From NCBI GenBank assembly GCA_018651085.1, contig JABIEQ010000011.1, forward strand, positions 3,563-67,562: a stretch of 64,000 bases of DNA, given 5' to 3'. The translations under genes were made by a program, and so were the position numbers. Numbering within the stretch: the stretch's first letter is position 1; every line of letters begins with the position of its first letter. This DNA comes from Candidatus Magasanikiibacteriota bacterium (lineage in GTDB: Bacteria; Patescibacteriota; Patescibacteriia; Magasanikbacterales; UBA922). Of this stretch, positions 37,431-45,825 are shown piece after piece. The notes beneath the pieces were generated by a model, which saw only the letters and a list, made by a program, of their open reading frames with translations, was not told the origin of the DNA and ran no database searches.

Positions 37431-38604
37431 TCATGTCATTAATATATTCTTTTTGATTTAAACGTAAGAGTGATACTCTTGTTTCTTTTGCCATCTCTTT
37501 TATTTCATTCTGATGTTCTACACACCACAATATTTTTTCTTTTAATGAATCAGAGTCTCCTGCATTAAAGGTAATACCATTCACTCCTTCTTCTACAAGC
37601 TCAGCAATTCCTTCGATGTCACTTGCTAGTACCGGGGTACTAAATGCAAGGCTTTCAAAAAAGACTGTCGGTGAATTTTCATAACAAAGAGACGGGATAA
37701 TGGTGACGTCGGTTTGCTTTAAAAGATCTGGAATATTTGCTCGATCAACTTTCCCAGAAAAGACGATTTTATCTTTATTTTTTACTGAACTTTTAATGTG
37801 TTCAAGAAGTGACCCACCGCCAACAACCTGCAATTTCAATTGAACACTGTTTGTATCCAATAGTTCATCGACTGCATGCACAAGAAAATCCACTCCTTTA
37901 TGTTGTTCAATTTGACCAAGATAGAGAAATTGGAAGACTCCACTTCCCTCCCCTTTTTCCACTTCTGCTTCCACTTCAAAAGTAATAGGATTTCTCACCA
38001 TCACTCTTTTTGACTTTGGAAAGAATCCACGTGATTCATAGAAGTTTAGTAAAAATTGAGATGGAGACACAACTACATCTGGTGAACCCATAAGGCGCTT
38101 CATAAGTGCGGTGTAGAGTGCGACATGTGGACCATGATATCTAAGGTTCTTTTCTTTTTGTTTTAAAATAATGCCACTTGGCTCAACTAGCTGTACATCG
38201 TGAACCGTATGAATATGTGGAAGTTTTAACGATCTAATGACTCGTGGTATTACAAATCCCACACCCATAAGATTATGGGTGTGCACGACATCTGGCTTTT
38301 CCTTTTCTAAAATTTCTTTTACGTATTCCCCTGCTCCAGTGTGGGCAATGTCTTGCATATGCCAAAGTAGTCGAGAAAAGATATTGTGCTTATGGGCTTC
38401 CGTATAAAAAAATAGGTTTCGTGGTTGAAACCGATAAATAGTGAGTTTTCCTTCCTTTATACACTCTTTGCCTTTCGGTGAGGTCGTTATAAGGACAACG
38501 TCATGTCCCTTTTCTATGAGCCCTTCTATGGTCTTTTTTACGACCTGCTCAGCTCCTCCCCTGGCATAGGGTGGATAAAGGTTATTGATAAGACAAATTT
38601 TCAT
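37390..38604 (-). CDS. Glycosyltransferase family 4 (GT-B fold).
   Basis: MKICLINNLYPPYARGGAEQVV N-terminus, and the C-terminal EGFGITVLEAMA-like region (FSTPVLASDIEGIAELVEEG). Confidence 0.7.
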   Translation of the reverse strand: MKICLINNLYPPYARGGAEQVVKKTIEGLIEKGHDVVLITTSPKGKECIKEGKLTIYRFQPRNLFFYTEAHKHNIFSRLLWHMQDIAHTGAGEYVKEILEKEKPDVVHTHNLMGVGFVIPRVIRSLKLPHIHTVHDVQLVEPSGIILKQKEKNLRYHGPHVALYTALMKRLMGSPDVVVSPSQFLLNFYESRGFFPKSKRVMVRNPITFEVEAEVEKGEGSGVFQFLYLGQIEQHKGVDFLVHAVDELLDTNSVQLKLQVVGGGSLLEHIKSSVKNKDKIVFSGKVDRANIPDLLKQTDVTIIPSLCYENSPTVFFESLAFSTPVLASDIEGIAELVEEGVNGITFNAGDSDSLKEKILWCVEHQNEIKEMAKETRVSLLRLNQKEYINDMINLYQVGKVSENI

Positions 38605-38633
38605 ATAGATACTATCACCATACACTAATTTAG

Positions 38634-38648
38634 AGGGTTAAATCAAAT
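38634..38648. repeat. 15-nt direct repeat AGGGTTAAATCAAAT, left copy flanking cassette 3.
   Basis: Identical 15-mer at 39593-39607. The two copies bracket the GC-rich cassette. Confidence 0.6.
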
Positions 38649-38659
38649 GCTCTACCCCA

Positions 38660-38688
38660 TTGACAAAACTCCCTCTTTTTACTATAGT
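38660..38688 (+). promoter_or_regulatory. Sigma70-like promoter for cassette 3 (TTGACA-N17-TATAGT).
   Basis: Consensus -35 with exact 17-nt spacing, about 115 nt upstream of the SD. Confidence 0.5.
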
Positions 38689-38805
38689 TTTTTATTGAAT
38701 GCGTTCTTTTATAAAGACCTTTTCCTTTTCTTGTTTCCTTACGTCTAGGTACTAGGAGAAGGAGAAGGTCGTTTTGACCTGAACTGAGGCTTCGCAATCA
38801 CCACA

Positions 38806-39357
38806 ATGAATCGCAACCGAGAGGACGTTATGAACGCTTCCATCGTACTGATCTTGAAGTTCTGGGAAAGCCTGGGCAACGCCATCGACGGAGACGAACT
38901 CTATCCTCATCTTTTCCTAGGTGACTCCCACACCTACGTGTCCTCCCAGGGCAATATGTGGGGGCCGAGCGATGGCCGTCACTACGTCGACAAGCTGCTG
39001 TGGAACACGTTGGGGAAACAGCAGCTTCCAGCCCCGACCTTACCCGGTCGTGCTTTCAGCGTCGTGACGTGGGCCGACCGCCCGGTGGAAGGACTCGATG
39101 AGATCTTCGGCCCAGCAGTTGATAACCCCGAGGCCCTTGATGAGATGCTCAAGAAGGGCTGCGGTGGTTGGTTTGAGTTCTCGGAGACCTCGAACAACTG
39201 GGATGTCCGCCATTACGGCTCTGTCTTCCTGCTTCCCACGGGAGCAAAGATCCTCGTCACCATCTGCTACGATCGCAACCAGTCTGCCACCGCTGAGGTG
39301 CTCGAGGCGGAACGCACGGCCCGGCGTGATAAAGCCCTCATCGGGCACTGGATGTGA
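38806..39357 (+). CDS. Hypothetical protein (183 aa) in GC-rich cassette 3.
   Basis: AGGAGAAGGAGAAGG SD region. G/C-ending codon usage. Downstream GC hairpin GCACGAACAACGTTCGTGC. No recognisable motif. Confidence 0.5.
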   Translation: MNRNREDVMNASIVLILKFWESLGNAIDGDELYPHLFLGDSHTYVSSQGNMWGPSDGRHYVDKLLWNTLGKQQLPAPTLPGRAFSVVTWADRPVEGLDEIFGPAVDNPEALDEMLKKGCGGWFEFSETSNNWDVRHYGSVFLLPTGAKILVTICYDRNQSATAEVLEAERTARRDKALIGHWM

Positions 39358-39592
39358 TCAGGTCAGAATACCCATGAAAGCCGCGGAATCGGCGTCGAGT
39401 TATTATGACGACTAGCACGAACAACGTTCGTGCCAAGAAGCTCATGTGACTCGGCGCCCCGCGGCTACCGACTATCTTTTTTACTTTATAGAAAGGATTG
39501 AGGAATAAAAAACACCTATATATAGGTGTTTTTTTGTTTCTTGATTTTATATACACATGTTCTACACACTCTATCACCAGAGCCCCATTTGA

Positions 39593-39607
39593 AGGGTTAA
39601 ATCAAAT
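39593..39607. repeat. 15-nt direct repeat AGGGTTAAATCAAAT, right copy, 20 nt upstream of the dnaB start.
   Basis: Identical to 38634-38648. Confidence 0.6.
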
Positions 39608-39626
39608 AGTATATGATGGGAATACT

Positions 39627-41030
39627 ATGAGTAAAAGTATCATTGATCTAGAAAAGATCCCCCCTCAGAACATTGAGGCTGAACAATCCCTTCTTGGGGC
39701 TGTTTTGCTTGATAAAGAAGCGATGCTTAAGATTGTTGACATTGTTGAACCTGGTGACTTTTATAAAAATACCCATAAATCTATCTTTGAGGTTATTCTT
39801 GAGCTTTATGGTAAGAATGAACCTATTGATGTTTTAACCCTTGGAAATAGATTAGAAGAAATTGAAAAGCTTAAAGGCATCGGTGGGCGAACCTATCTTA
39901 TTGCATTATCTAATGCTGTTCCGACCTCTGCGCATATTGTGCAGTATGCTGAGATTATCAAAAAGAAGTCTCTTCACAGAAAGCTCTTGATCGCAGCTGG
40001 GGAGATTACCAAGCTTGGGTATAGAGAACAAGAAGGAGATGTAAATAAAGTTCTTGATGAAGCACAACAGCTATTGTTTAGTGTGACACAAAAGCACATG
40101 AGACAAAACTTTGTACCGATTAGATCTGTGCTTGATAATGCCTTTGAAAGAATTGATAAGCTCCATCGTGAAAAAGGAAAGCTTCGAGGAATTCCTACTG
40201 GATTTCCTAAACTTGATAATCTGCTCGCTGGATTCCAGAAATCTGATCTTGTTATCTTAGCTGCTAGACCTGCCGTTGGAAAGACCTCTCTTGCTCTTGA
40301 TATTGCGCGTCACGCGGCTATCCGTGGACATGCGTCTGTGGGTCTCTTTTCTCTTGAGATGAGTAAAGAACAATTGGTTGATAGAATGCTTTGTGCTGAA
40401 GCTGGAGTTGATTTGTGGAAGCTTCGAACTGGTAACTTATCTGACAAACCGGATAGTGATGATTTTCCTCGTATTGGGCACGCTATGGGAAAGCTTTCTG
40501 AAGCTAAGATTTTTATTGATGACACGGCTGGAGCGAATGTCTTACAAATTAGAACCAAAGCAAGGCGTCTACAGGCTGAACACGGCCTTGATATGATTGT
40601 GATCGATTACTTGCAACTTATGAACCCTACGAGCTCTAAAGCAAACCAGGGACGGGTACAGGAAGTGGCTGAGATGAGTCGAGGGTTAAAGCTCCTTGCT
40701 CGTGAATTAGATATCCCTGTGCTTACCCTTTCACAGCTTTCTCGTGCAGTAGAGCAGACAAAACCAGCCATCCCTAAATTGTCACATCTCCGAGATTCTG
40801 GTAGTATTGAGCAAGACGCTGACATTGTGTTATTTATCTATAGAAAGGCTGCTGACGGAAACTACCGGTTAGAGGACATTCCACCTGATGAACGCCATAT
40901 TGGAGAAGTCCATATAGCAAAACATCGTAATGGACCTACTGGTGTCGTCAAAATCTTTTTTGATGAAACACGTGCAAGTTACCGTAGCCTTGATATGCAT
41001 CATGGTGAAAGTGCTCCAGCGGTACATTAA
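39627..41030 (+). CDS. dnaB: Replicative DNA helicase DnaB.
   Basis: N-terminal PPQNIEAEQSLLGAVLLD. Walker A ARPAVGKTS. Walker B MIVIDYLQLM. The H4 motif LSQLSR. Start set at MSKSIIDL. Confidence 0.9.
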   Translation: MSKSIIDLEKIPPQNIEAEQSLLGAVLLDKEAMLKIVDIVEPGDFYKNTHKSIFEVILELYGKNEPIDVLTLGNRLEEIEKLKGIGGRTYLIALSNAVPTSAHIVQYAEIIKKKSLHRKLLIAAGEITKLGYREQEGDVNKVLDEAQQLLFSVTQKHMRQNFVPIRSVLDNAFERIDKLHREKGKLRGIPTGFPKLDNLLAGFQKSDLVILAARPAVGKTSLALDIARHAAIRGHASVGLFSLEMSKEQLVDRMLCAEAGVDLWKLRTGNLSDKPDSDDFPRIGHAMGKLSEAKIFIDDTAGANVLQIRTKARRLQAEHGLDMIVIDYLQLMNPTSSKANQGRVQEVAEMSRGLKLLARELDIPVLTLSQLSRAVEQTKPAIPKLSHLRDSGSIEQDADIVLFIYRKAADGNYRLEDIPPDERHIGEVHIAKHRNGPTGVVKIFFDETRASYRSLDMHHGESAPAVH

Positions 41031-41075
41031 GTCGCATCCCCACATAGGTAAACTTATTTATATATATACACTTCT

Positions 41076-41372
41076 ATGTTTAATAAACTCAAACAGTTTA
41101 AAGACCTTCGAGATCAAGCGAAGACCATGCAAGATGCATTAGGGAAAGAATCAATCTCAGTTGACGACGATGGGATTGTGATGACTCTTGATGGGAATCT
41201 TCAGATGACTGGTCTTGCAATTGACGAATCATGGCTTACGCCAAGTAAAAAAGAGAAGCTTGAAAAAACAATTAAGCAGCTTCATGAAAAAGGACTTAAA
41301 AAGATGCAACGCATCATGGCGATGAAGATGAAAGAAATGGGTGGCCTCCCAAACATTCCTGGCCTTTCTTAA
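41076..41372 (+). CDS. ybaB: Nucleoid-associated protein YbaB/EbfC.
   Basis: 98 aa, MFNKLKQFKDLRDQAKTMQ... Confidence 0.8.
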   Translation: MFNKLKQFKDLRDQAKTMQDALGKESISVDDDGIVMTLDGNLQMTGLAIDESWLTPSKKEKLEKTIKQLHEKGLKKMQRIMAMKMKEMGGLPNIPGLS

Positions 41373-41415
41373 ACATACTAAACATTTCTCCCTCTTTTTG
41401 AGGGAGTTTTGCTCT

Positions 41416-42024
41416 ATGGCATACCCAGACCCAATTCGACAACTTATAACCTCTTTTTCTCGGCTACCGAGTGTTGGAAGGCGTACTGCTGAACGATTTG
41501 TGTTTCATCTTCTTAATGCTGGGAAAAAAGATGTGGTGGAATTGAATAGATCTATTGAAGAACTGATTGCTTCAATCAGAAGTTGTCAGGCGTGCTGGGA
41601 TTTTTCTGAAACGTCTCCATGTTTCTATTGTTCTGACATGAAACGAGAAAGAAATATTCTTTGCATTGTTCACGAACCACAAGACGTGCAGGCGATTGAG
41701 AAGACTGGGAAATACAAGGGACGGTATCATGTGATTAGAAAGATGATTAAAGTGGACGAAGAAGATAGTTTAAATAAAACAAAAATACGAGAACTTTTTG
41801 TACGAATTGAGCAAAAGGATATAACTGAGGTGATCCTTGCTCTAAACCCAGATATGCCTGGGGAAACCACAATGTTATTTTTAGAAAAAAAGATCAAGGT
41901 GATTAGACCTGATCTTATTATTACGAGACTTGCAAGAGGTCTTCCTATGGGGAGTGATTTACAATACGCTGACGAGATTACGTTAGGGAGTGCTATTAGT
42001 CATAGGACTGGGGTTGGGAAATAA
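41416..42024 (+). CDS. recR: Recombination protein RecR.
   Basis: HhH region LITSFSRLPSVGRRTAERF, zinc finger CQACWDFSETSPCFYC, and the Toprim domain. Start set at MAYPDPI. Confidence 0.85.
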   Translation: MAYPDPIRQLITSFSRLPSVGRRTAERFVFHLLNAGKKDVVELNRSIEELIASIRSCQACWDFSETSPCFYCSDMKRERNILCIVHEPQDVQAIEKTGKYKGRYHVIRKMIKVDEEDSLNKTKIRELFVRIEQKDITEVILALNPDMPGETTMLFLEKKIKVIRPDLIITRLARGLPMGSDLQYADEITLGSAISHRTGVGK

Positions 42025-42032
42025 AAATGTTC

Positions 42033-43004
42033 TTATTTTTTACCATACATCAGATACCATTCCTTTGCATTTTCTAAATATTTATTATACGAATAATTTT
42101 CTATTAGAATTTTCTCTATTGTAGAAAACCATTTTTTACGAAAAACCACTTCGGGGCTTCCTGATCTCCACTTCTTTATTTCTGAGATAAATTTTATTTC
42201 ATAAGTATATGTAGTAAAATTTTGATGATCTGATGTTGGTATACCTAACATACTACCTATCTCGCCAGCTGACCTACTACCTTGTAATGACCTTACCCGT
42301 ATTTGAAACTTTCCTATTTTGTCTTCCATTGTAAGTGTGAATCTTCTTGGTTTAGAGGAAATTTTTAATTTTGAATTTTTAGGTATTTTCATATTTCCTC
42401 CTGGTGGAAAAATCAAATCGTTAGGTTTAAATTTCTCAAAGATTCTATAATCTGTTTGTTTGATAATATCATCCCAAGTAATCACATTATACGCCTTTTC
42501 TTCTCCATGATTTCCTCTTATTAAAGAACCTGTAGGAAGATCTATATATTCAACGTTAGATGTCCACGCATTTGAAAACTGGTTGAACATGTCAGTTAGT
42601 ATAGAGTAAGTTAATATATCTAAATATAATTGCAGATCTAATTTTTCCTTCTTTACATCAAACTCTTCTGGAAATTTTTGAAAATAAAACTGCTTTACTC
42701 GTAAATATTTATTACTGTATGGAATTGAGGGGAAATTCCTACCGTCTTTCAATGAATCATAGTAATCTATCTCTTGCAAATTTATATCATGCCTGTCATG
42801 TTGTACTGTAACTGAGGAAATAAAGCTCTTTTCATAGTATTGAGGCTTCAATATAAATGTCATCGAAAATAAAGCCGTACCTATACCTAAAACTATAGAA
42901 GTAGCAAATATTTCTACAATTTTTTCATGTCCTCTATTTAAAAAAGAAATATAAGAAACAAAACCAAAAAGGATTATTGCTATGATAAATAAGAGTGCTT
43001 TCAT
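42033..43004 (-). CDS. Hypothetical membrane-anchored protein (323 aa).
   Basis: Two N-terminal TM helices and an AT-rich host-like ORF. No recognisable motif. Confidence 0.45.
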   Translation of the reverse strand: MKALLFIIAIILFGFVSYISFLNRGHEKIVEIFATSIVLGIGTALFSMTFILKPQYYEKSFISSVTVQHDRHDINLQEIDYYDSLKDGRNFPSIPYSNKYLRVKQFYFQKFPEEFDVKKEKLDLQLYLDILTYSILTDMFNQFSNAWTSNVEYIDLPTGSLIRGNHGEEKAYNVITWDDIIKQTDYRIFEKFKPNDLIFPPGGNMKIPKNSKLKISSKPRRFTLTMEDKIGKFQIRVRSLQGSRSAGEIGSMLGIPTSDHQNFTTYTYEIKFISEIKKWRSGSPEVVFRKKWFSTIEKILIENYSYNKYLENAKEWYLMYGKK

Positions 43005-43013
43005 AATACTATT

Positions 43014-43796
43014 TTACTTCTTAAAGAATCTATTTATTTCATCTAATGAGAAAGCATATCCTATTCCTACGTTTGCAGATCTTTTTATTTCTTTTGAAAT
43101 AACCTGCATCTGCGCCTGCGTTGTCTTCATCGCCTGAAAATGATCGACTCCTCCCATACGTATGCTCCCTTTAAAACGAGAAAGGTGTCTAATATTTTGG
43201 TCAAAACTTTCTATTAATTCGTCAAAAAATTCACTAAGCCCTTTTGCGGCTCTTGTAACTATACCAATTACTTTACCAGTAGAGACATCCAACAAAGGCC
43301 CTCCCGAATTCCCTTGATTTACACTTGCATCAATCTGTATATATCTAACACTATTTTTAGAATAATGTGATGAAACCATGCCTGCATGCATTGATAAATT
43401 ACCTTGGCTAAATGCATAACCTAGCATTCCTACCTGCATCCCAATAGGAAAATCAACATTGTTGATTTGTAGTTCTAATGATGGAAAATCTTTCAAATCT
43501 TCTATTTCAATAATCGCGAAATCCCAATTACTCTCTGGTGATCCATCCTTTAGGGCGCTTACAAATTCATCTTTGGTAAATTCCTTTCTAAACCTTGATG
43601 TTGAACCATCTATTTCAACAAACTCAACTATCACGGTATCTGAGGGTGGACAAAAATATACATGATTATTTGTTACTAAATACCCATCAACGATGAAACC
43701 CGTCCCAGATGCTATTTTTTCTCCATCTTTCCAATGCCCTATCGAACATACAGACTGACAAGTTTTAGCCCACAATCCCGCGTACATGTTATACAT
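43014..43796 (-). CDS. Trypsin-like serine protease (S1 family).
   Basis: His motif VTNNHV, Asp DFAIIEI, and Ser GNSGGPLLD. Confidence 0.65.
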   Translation of the reverse strand: MYNMYAGLWAKTCQSVCSIGHWKDGEKIASGTGFIVDGYLVTNNHVYFCPPSDTVIVEFVEIDGSTSRFRKEFTKDEFVSALKDGSPESNWDFAIIEIEDLKDFPSLELQINNVDFPIGMQVGMLGYAFSQGNLSMHAGMVSSHYSKNSVRYIQIDASVNQGNSGGPLLDVSTGKVIGIVTRAAKGLSEFFDELIESFDQNIRHLSRFKGSIRMGGVDHFQAMKTTQAQMQVISKEIKRSANVGIGYAFSLDEINRFFKK

Positions 43797-43860
43797 ATTT
43801 ATTCTATCACCTTAAATTTTAAATAAATATAAAATAAAAAAACGGCACAAGGCCGTTCTT

Positions 43861-44169
43861 TTATTTGTTGTCTTTAACTTTAATCCGTGTGAAGTGTTGT
43901 CGGTGTCCTTGTACTTTCTTATACCGAACTTTTGGTTTGTATTTAATTACACGAAGTTTCTTGGTTCGTCCTTGTTCTTGGACTACTGCTTCAATCGTTA
44001 CGCCGTCTAGGTAAGGAGTTCCAATTTGTACATCAGTACCGTCATCATTTGCTAAAAGTAATACTTTATCAAAAATAACGTCCTTTTCACCTTCAACTTT
44101 TCCAATTTGTAGCGTTTGTCCTGATTCGATCAGGTGTTGTTTACCACCTGTTTCAATAACTGCGAACAT
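43861..44169 (-). CDS. rplU: 50S ribosomal protein L21.
   Basis: MFAVIETGGKQHLI...RVIKYKPKVRYKKVQGHRQHFTRIKV. Confidence 0.85.
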   Translation of the reverse strand: MFAVIETGGKQHLIESGQTLQIGKVEGEKDVIFDKVLLLANDDGTDVQIGTPYLDGVTIEAVVQEQGRTKKLRVIKYKPKVRYKKVQGHRQHFTRIKVKDNK

Positions 44170-44273
44170 ATTTGTATATTAAAATTTTTGTAGTAAATAC
44201 CTTCCCTACAGGTATTTATAACGGGAAACGTGCGTAGTATAGCCAAAAATGATATATCTGTCAATACCTAAGG

Positions 44274-44759
44274 CTACTCGTCTATAACGGTAAACTTGTC
44301 CCCTATCTTAAGGTCCTGCTCTTCGGCCCAGCCAGCAGCTAATTCTAGGATAAATTTGGCTTCCTTACGCGGATAATAGACCGTAAGGTCCTCTTCTTCC
44401 ACATTAGGCTCTACCTGCACAGAGGGGGCAATATCTACCACTTTCCCAAATACGTCTATCCATATGATATCTATTGGAAAGTGCATATTTCTCATGACTA
44501 TCCCCTGCCTGAGTTCTTTAGGGAATAGAAAGACCATACCATCGTAATCTCCAAGTGTTTCTCTTCCCCCAAGGCCTTTTTTAAGATGATAGTTGTTTTT
44601 TGCAACTAAAACGTGAAGAGGCTGTCCATCTAACTCAACTATGGCTGTAGACCAAAAAAACTTCCAGGCATTTATCCCGATAAGACAAAGCCCAAGGACG
44701 ATAATAAATATAATCTTGAATTTCTTTGATGCTTGTTTTTTGCTCTTTCTAAATAACAT
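44274..44759 (-). CDS. DUF192 domain protein with an N-terminal TM anchor.
   Basis: GLGGRETLGDYDGMVFLF...MHFPIDIIWID matches the DUF192 (COG1430) pattern. Confidence 0.5.
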   Translation of the reverse strand: MLFRKSKKQASKKFKIIFIIVLGLCLIGINAWKFFWSTAIVELDGQPLHVLVAKNNYHLKKGLGGRETLGDYDGMVFLFPKELRQGIVMRNMHFPIDIIWIDVFGKVVDIAPSVQVEPNVEEEDLTVYYPRKEAKFILELAAGWAEEQDLKIGDKFTVIDE

Positions 44760-44760
44760 A

Positions 44761-45816
44761 CTACTTCTTTTCTTTCCCAGAAAACCAAAGCCCCACTAAT
44801 ACCATGAGGATAAACAACAAGAGAAGTGCCATGATCTTTTGTTTGCTTTGTAAAAATAAGGTAGTCGCACCAAACAATAAAGAGATCAGATAAAAAAGAA
44901 GGACTGCTTGTTTTTGTGAAAGACCAGAATGAATCAACTTAAAATGTAGATGCTCATCGTCTGCTACAAGAATTGATTTTTTCTTTTGGATGCGTCTAAT
45001 CATGACGCGCACGACATCTAATACAGGGACAGCAATCACAAGGAGTGTGGTTGCTATTTTCCCGCCAGAAATAATAGCTAAAATCCCTAACATATACCCC
45101 GTAAATAGACTACCACCTTCTCCTAAAAATATTTTAGCTGGTTCAAAATTCCATACTAAAAATCCGGTACACGCTCCTGCCAAGATAATAGCAATAAGTG
45201 ACACTTCTGGTTGAAGCCAAGCAGGTTGTTGTGTGAGAAAAAATATCATTAACGCTCCAATGGCTACAATCCCTGATACTAATCCATCTAACCCATCTAG
45301 AAGCTTTGTGGTAAACATGGTTCCCATGAGCCAAAAGAATACTAAGATGTCTGCAAACACCACAATGTTTCCAAGTACTCCAACTGAAAGACTCAAGTCT
45401 CCTAAGTGTATAACTCCTCCAAAAGGATTGGTAATAATATGTGGACCAATCCCGAAAGCAATAATAGTAAGGGACGCTATAACGGGCGCTATCATCTGCT
45501 TTTTCGCTCCTAAGTTATATATATCATCAAGTAGGCCACCAACAATAAGGACTGCTCCTCCAATAAGTACCCCAATCAGTTGTCTGTGTGTTACTTCGTC
45601 TCCAAAGAAGCCTACGTACATACAATACACAAGACTAATAAGCACTGCACCAAAAATGGCAATGCCTCCCCCAAGGGGTGTTGCTCGTTTATGTTTTTTT
45701 CTTTCTTCAATATGTGGAATGTCCACAATACTAAAATGCCGCATGATTATGCGGACGATCCCAGTAAGAAGTACTGCAACCCCGGCGCTCAGAATGAAGT
45801 ACCACCAAAACATCAT
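44761..45816 (-). CDS. MraY/WecA-family polyprenol-phosphate N-acetylhexosamine-1-phosphate transferase (GT4 superfamily of membrane transferases).
   Basis: Ten TM helices and the DDxxN-like LDDIYNL and GLDGLVSG motifs typical of MraY/WecA. Confidence 0.6.
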   Translation of the reverse strand: MMFWWYFILSAGVAVLLTGIVRIIMRHFSIVDIPHIEERKKHKRATPLGGGIAIFGAVLISLVYCMYVGFFGDEVTHRQLIGVLIGGAVLIVGGLLDDIYNLGAKKQMIAPVIASLTIIAFGIGPHIITNPFGGVIHLGDLSLSVGVLGNIVVFADILVFFWLMGTMFTTKLLDGLDGLVSGIVAIGALMIFFLTQQPAWLQPEVSLIAIILAGACTGFLVWNFEPAKIFLGEGGSLFTGYMLGILAIISGGKIATTLLVIAVPVLDVVRVMIRRIQKKKSILVADDEHLHFKLIHSGLSQKQAVLLFYLISLLFGATTLFLQSKQKIMALLLLFILMVLVGLWFSGKEKK

Positions 45817-45825
45817 ACAACGGTC

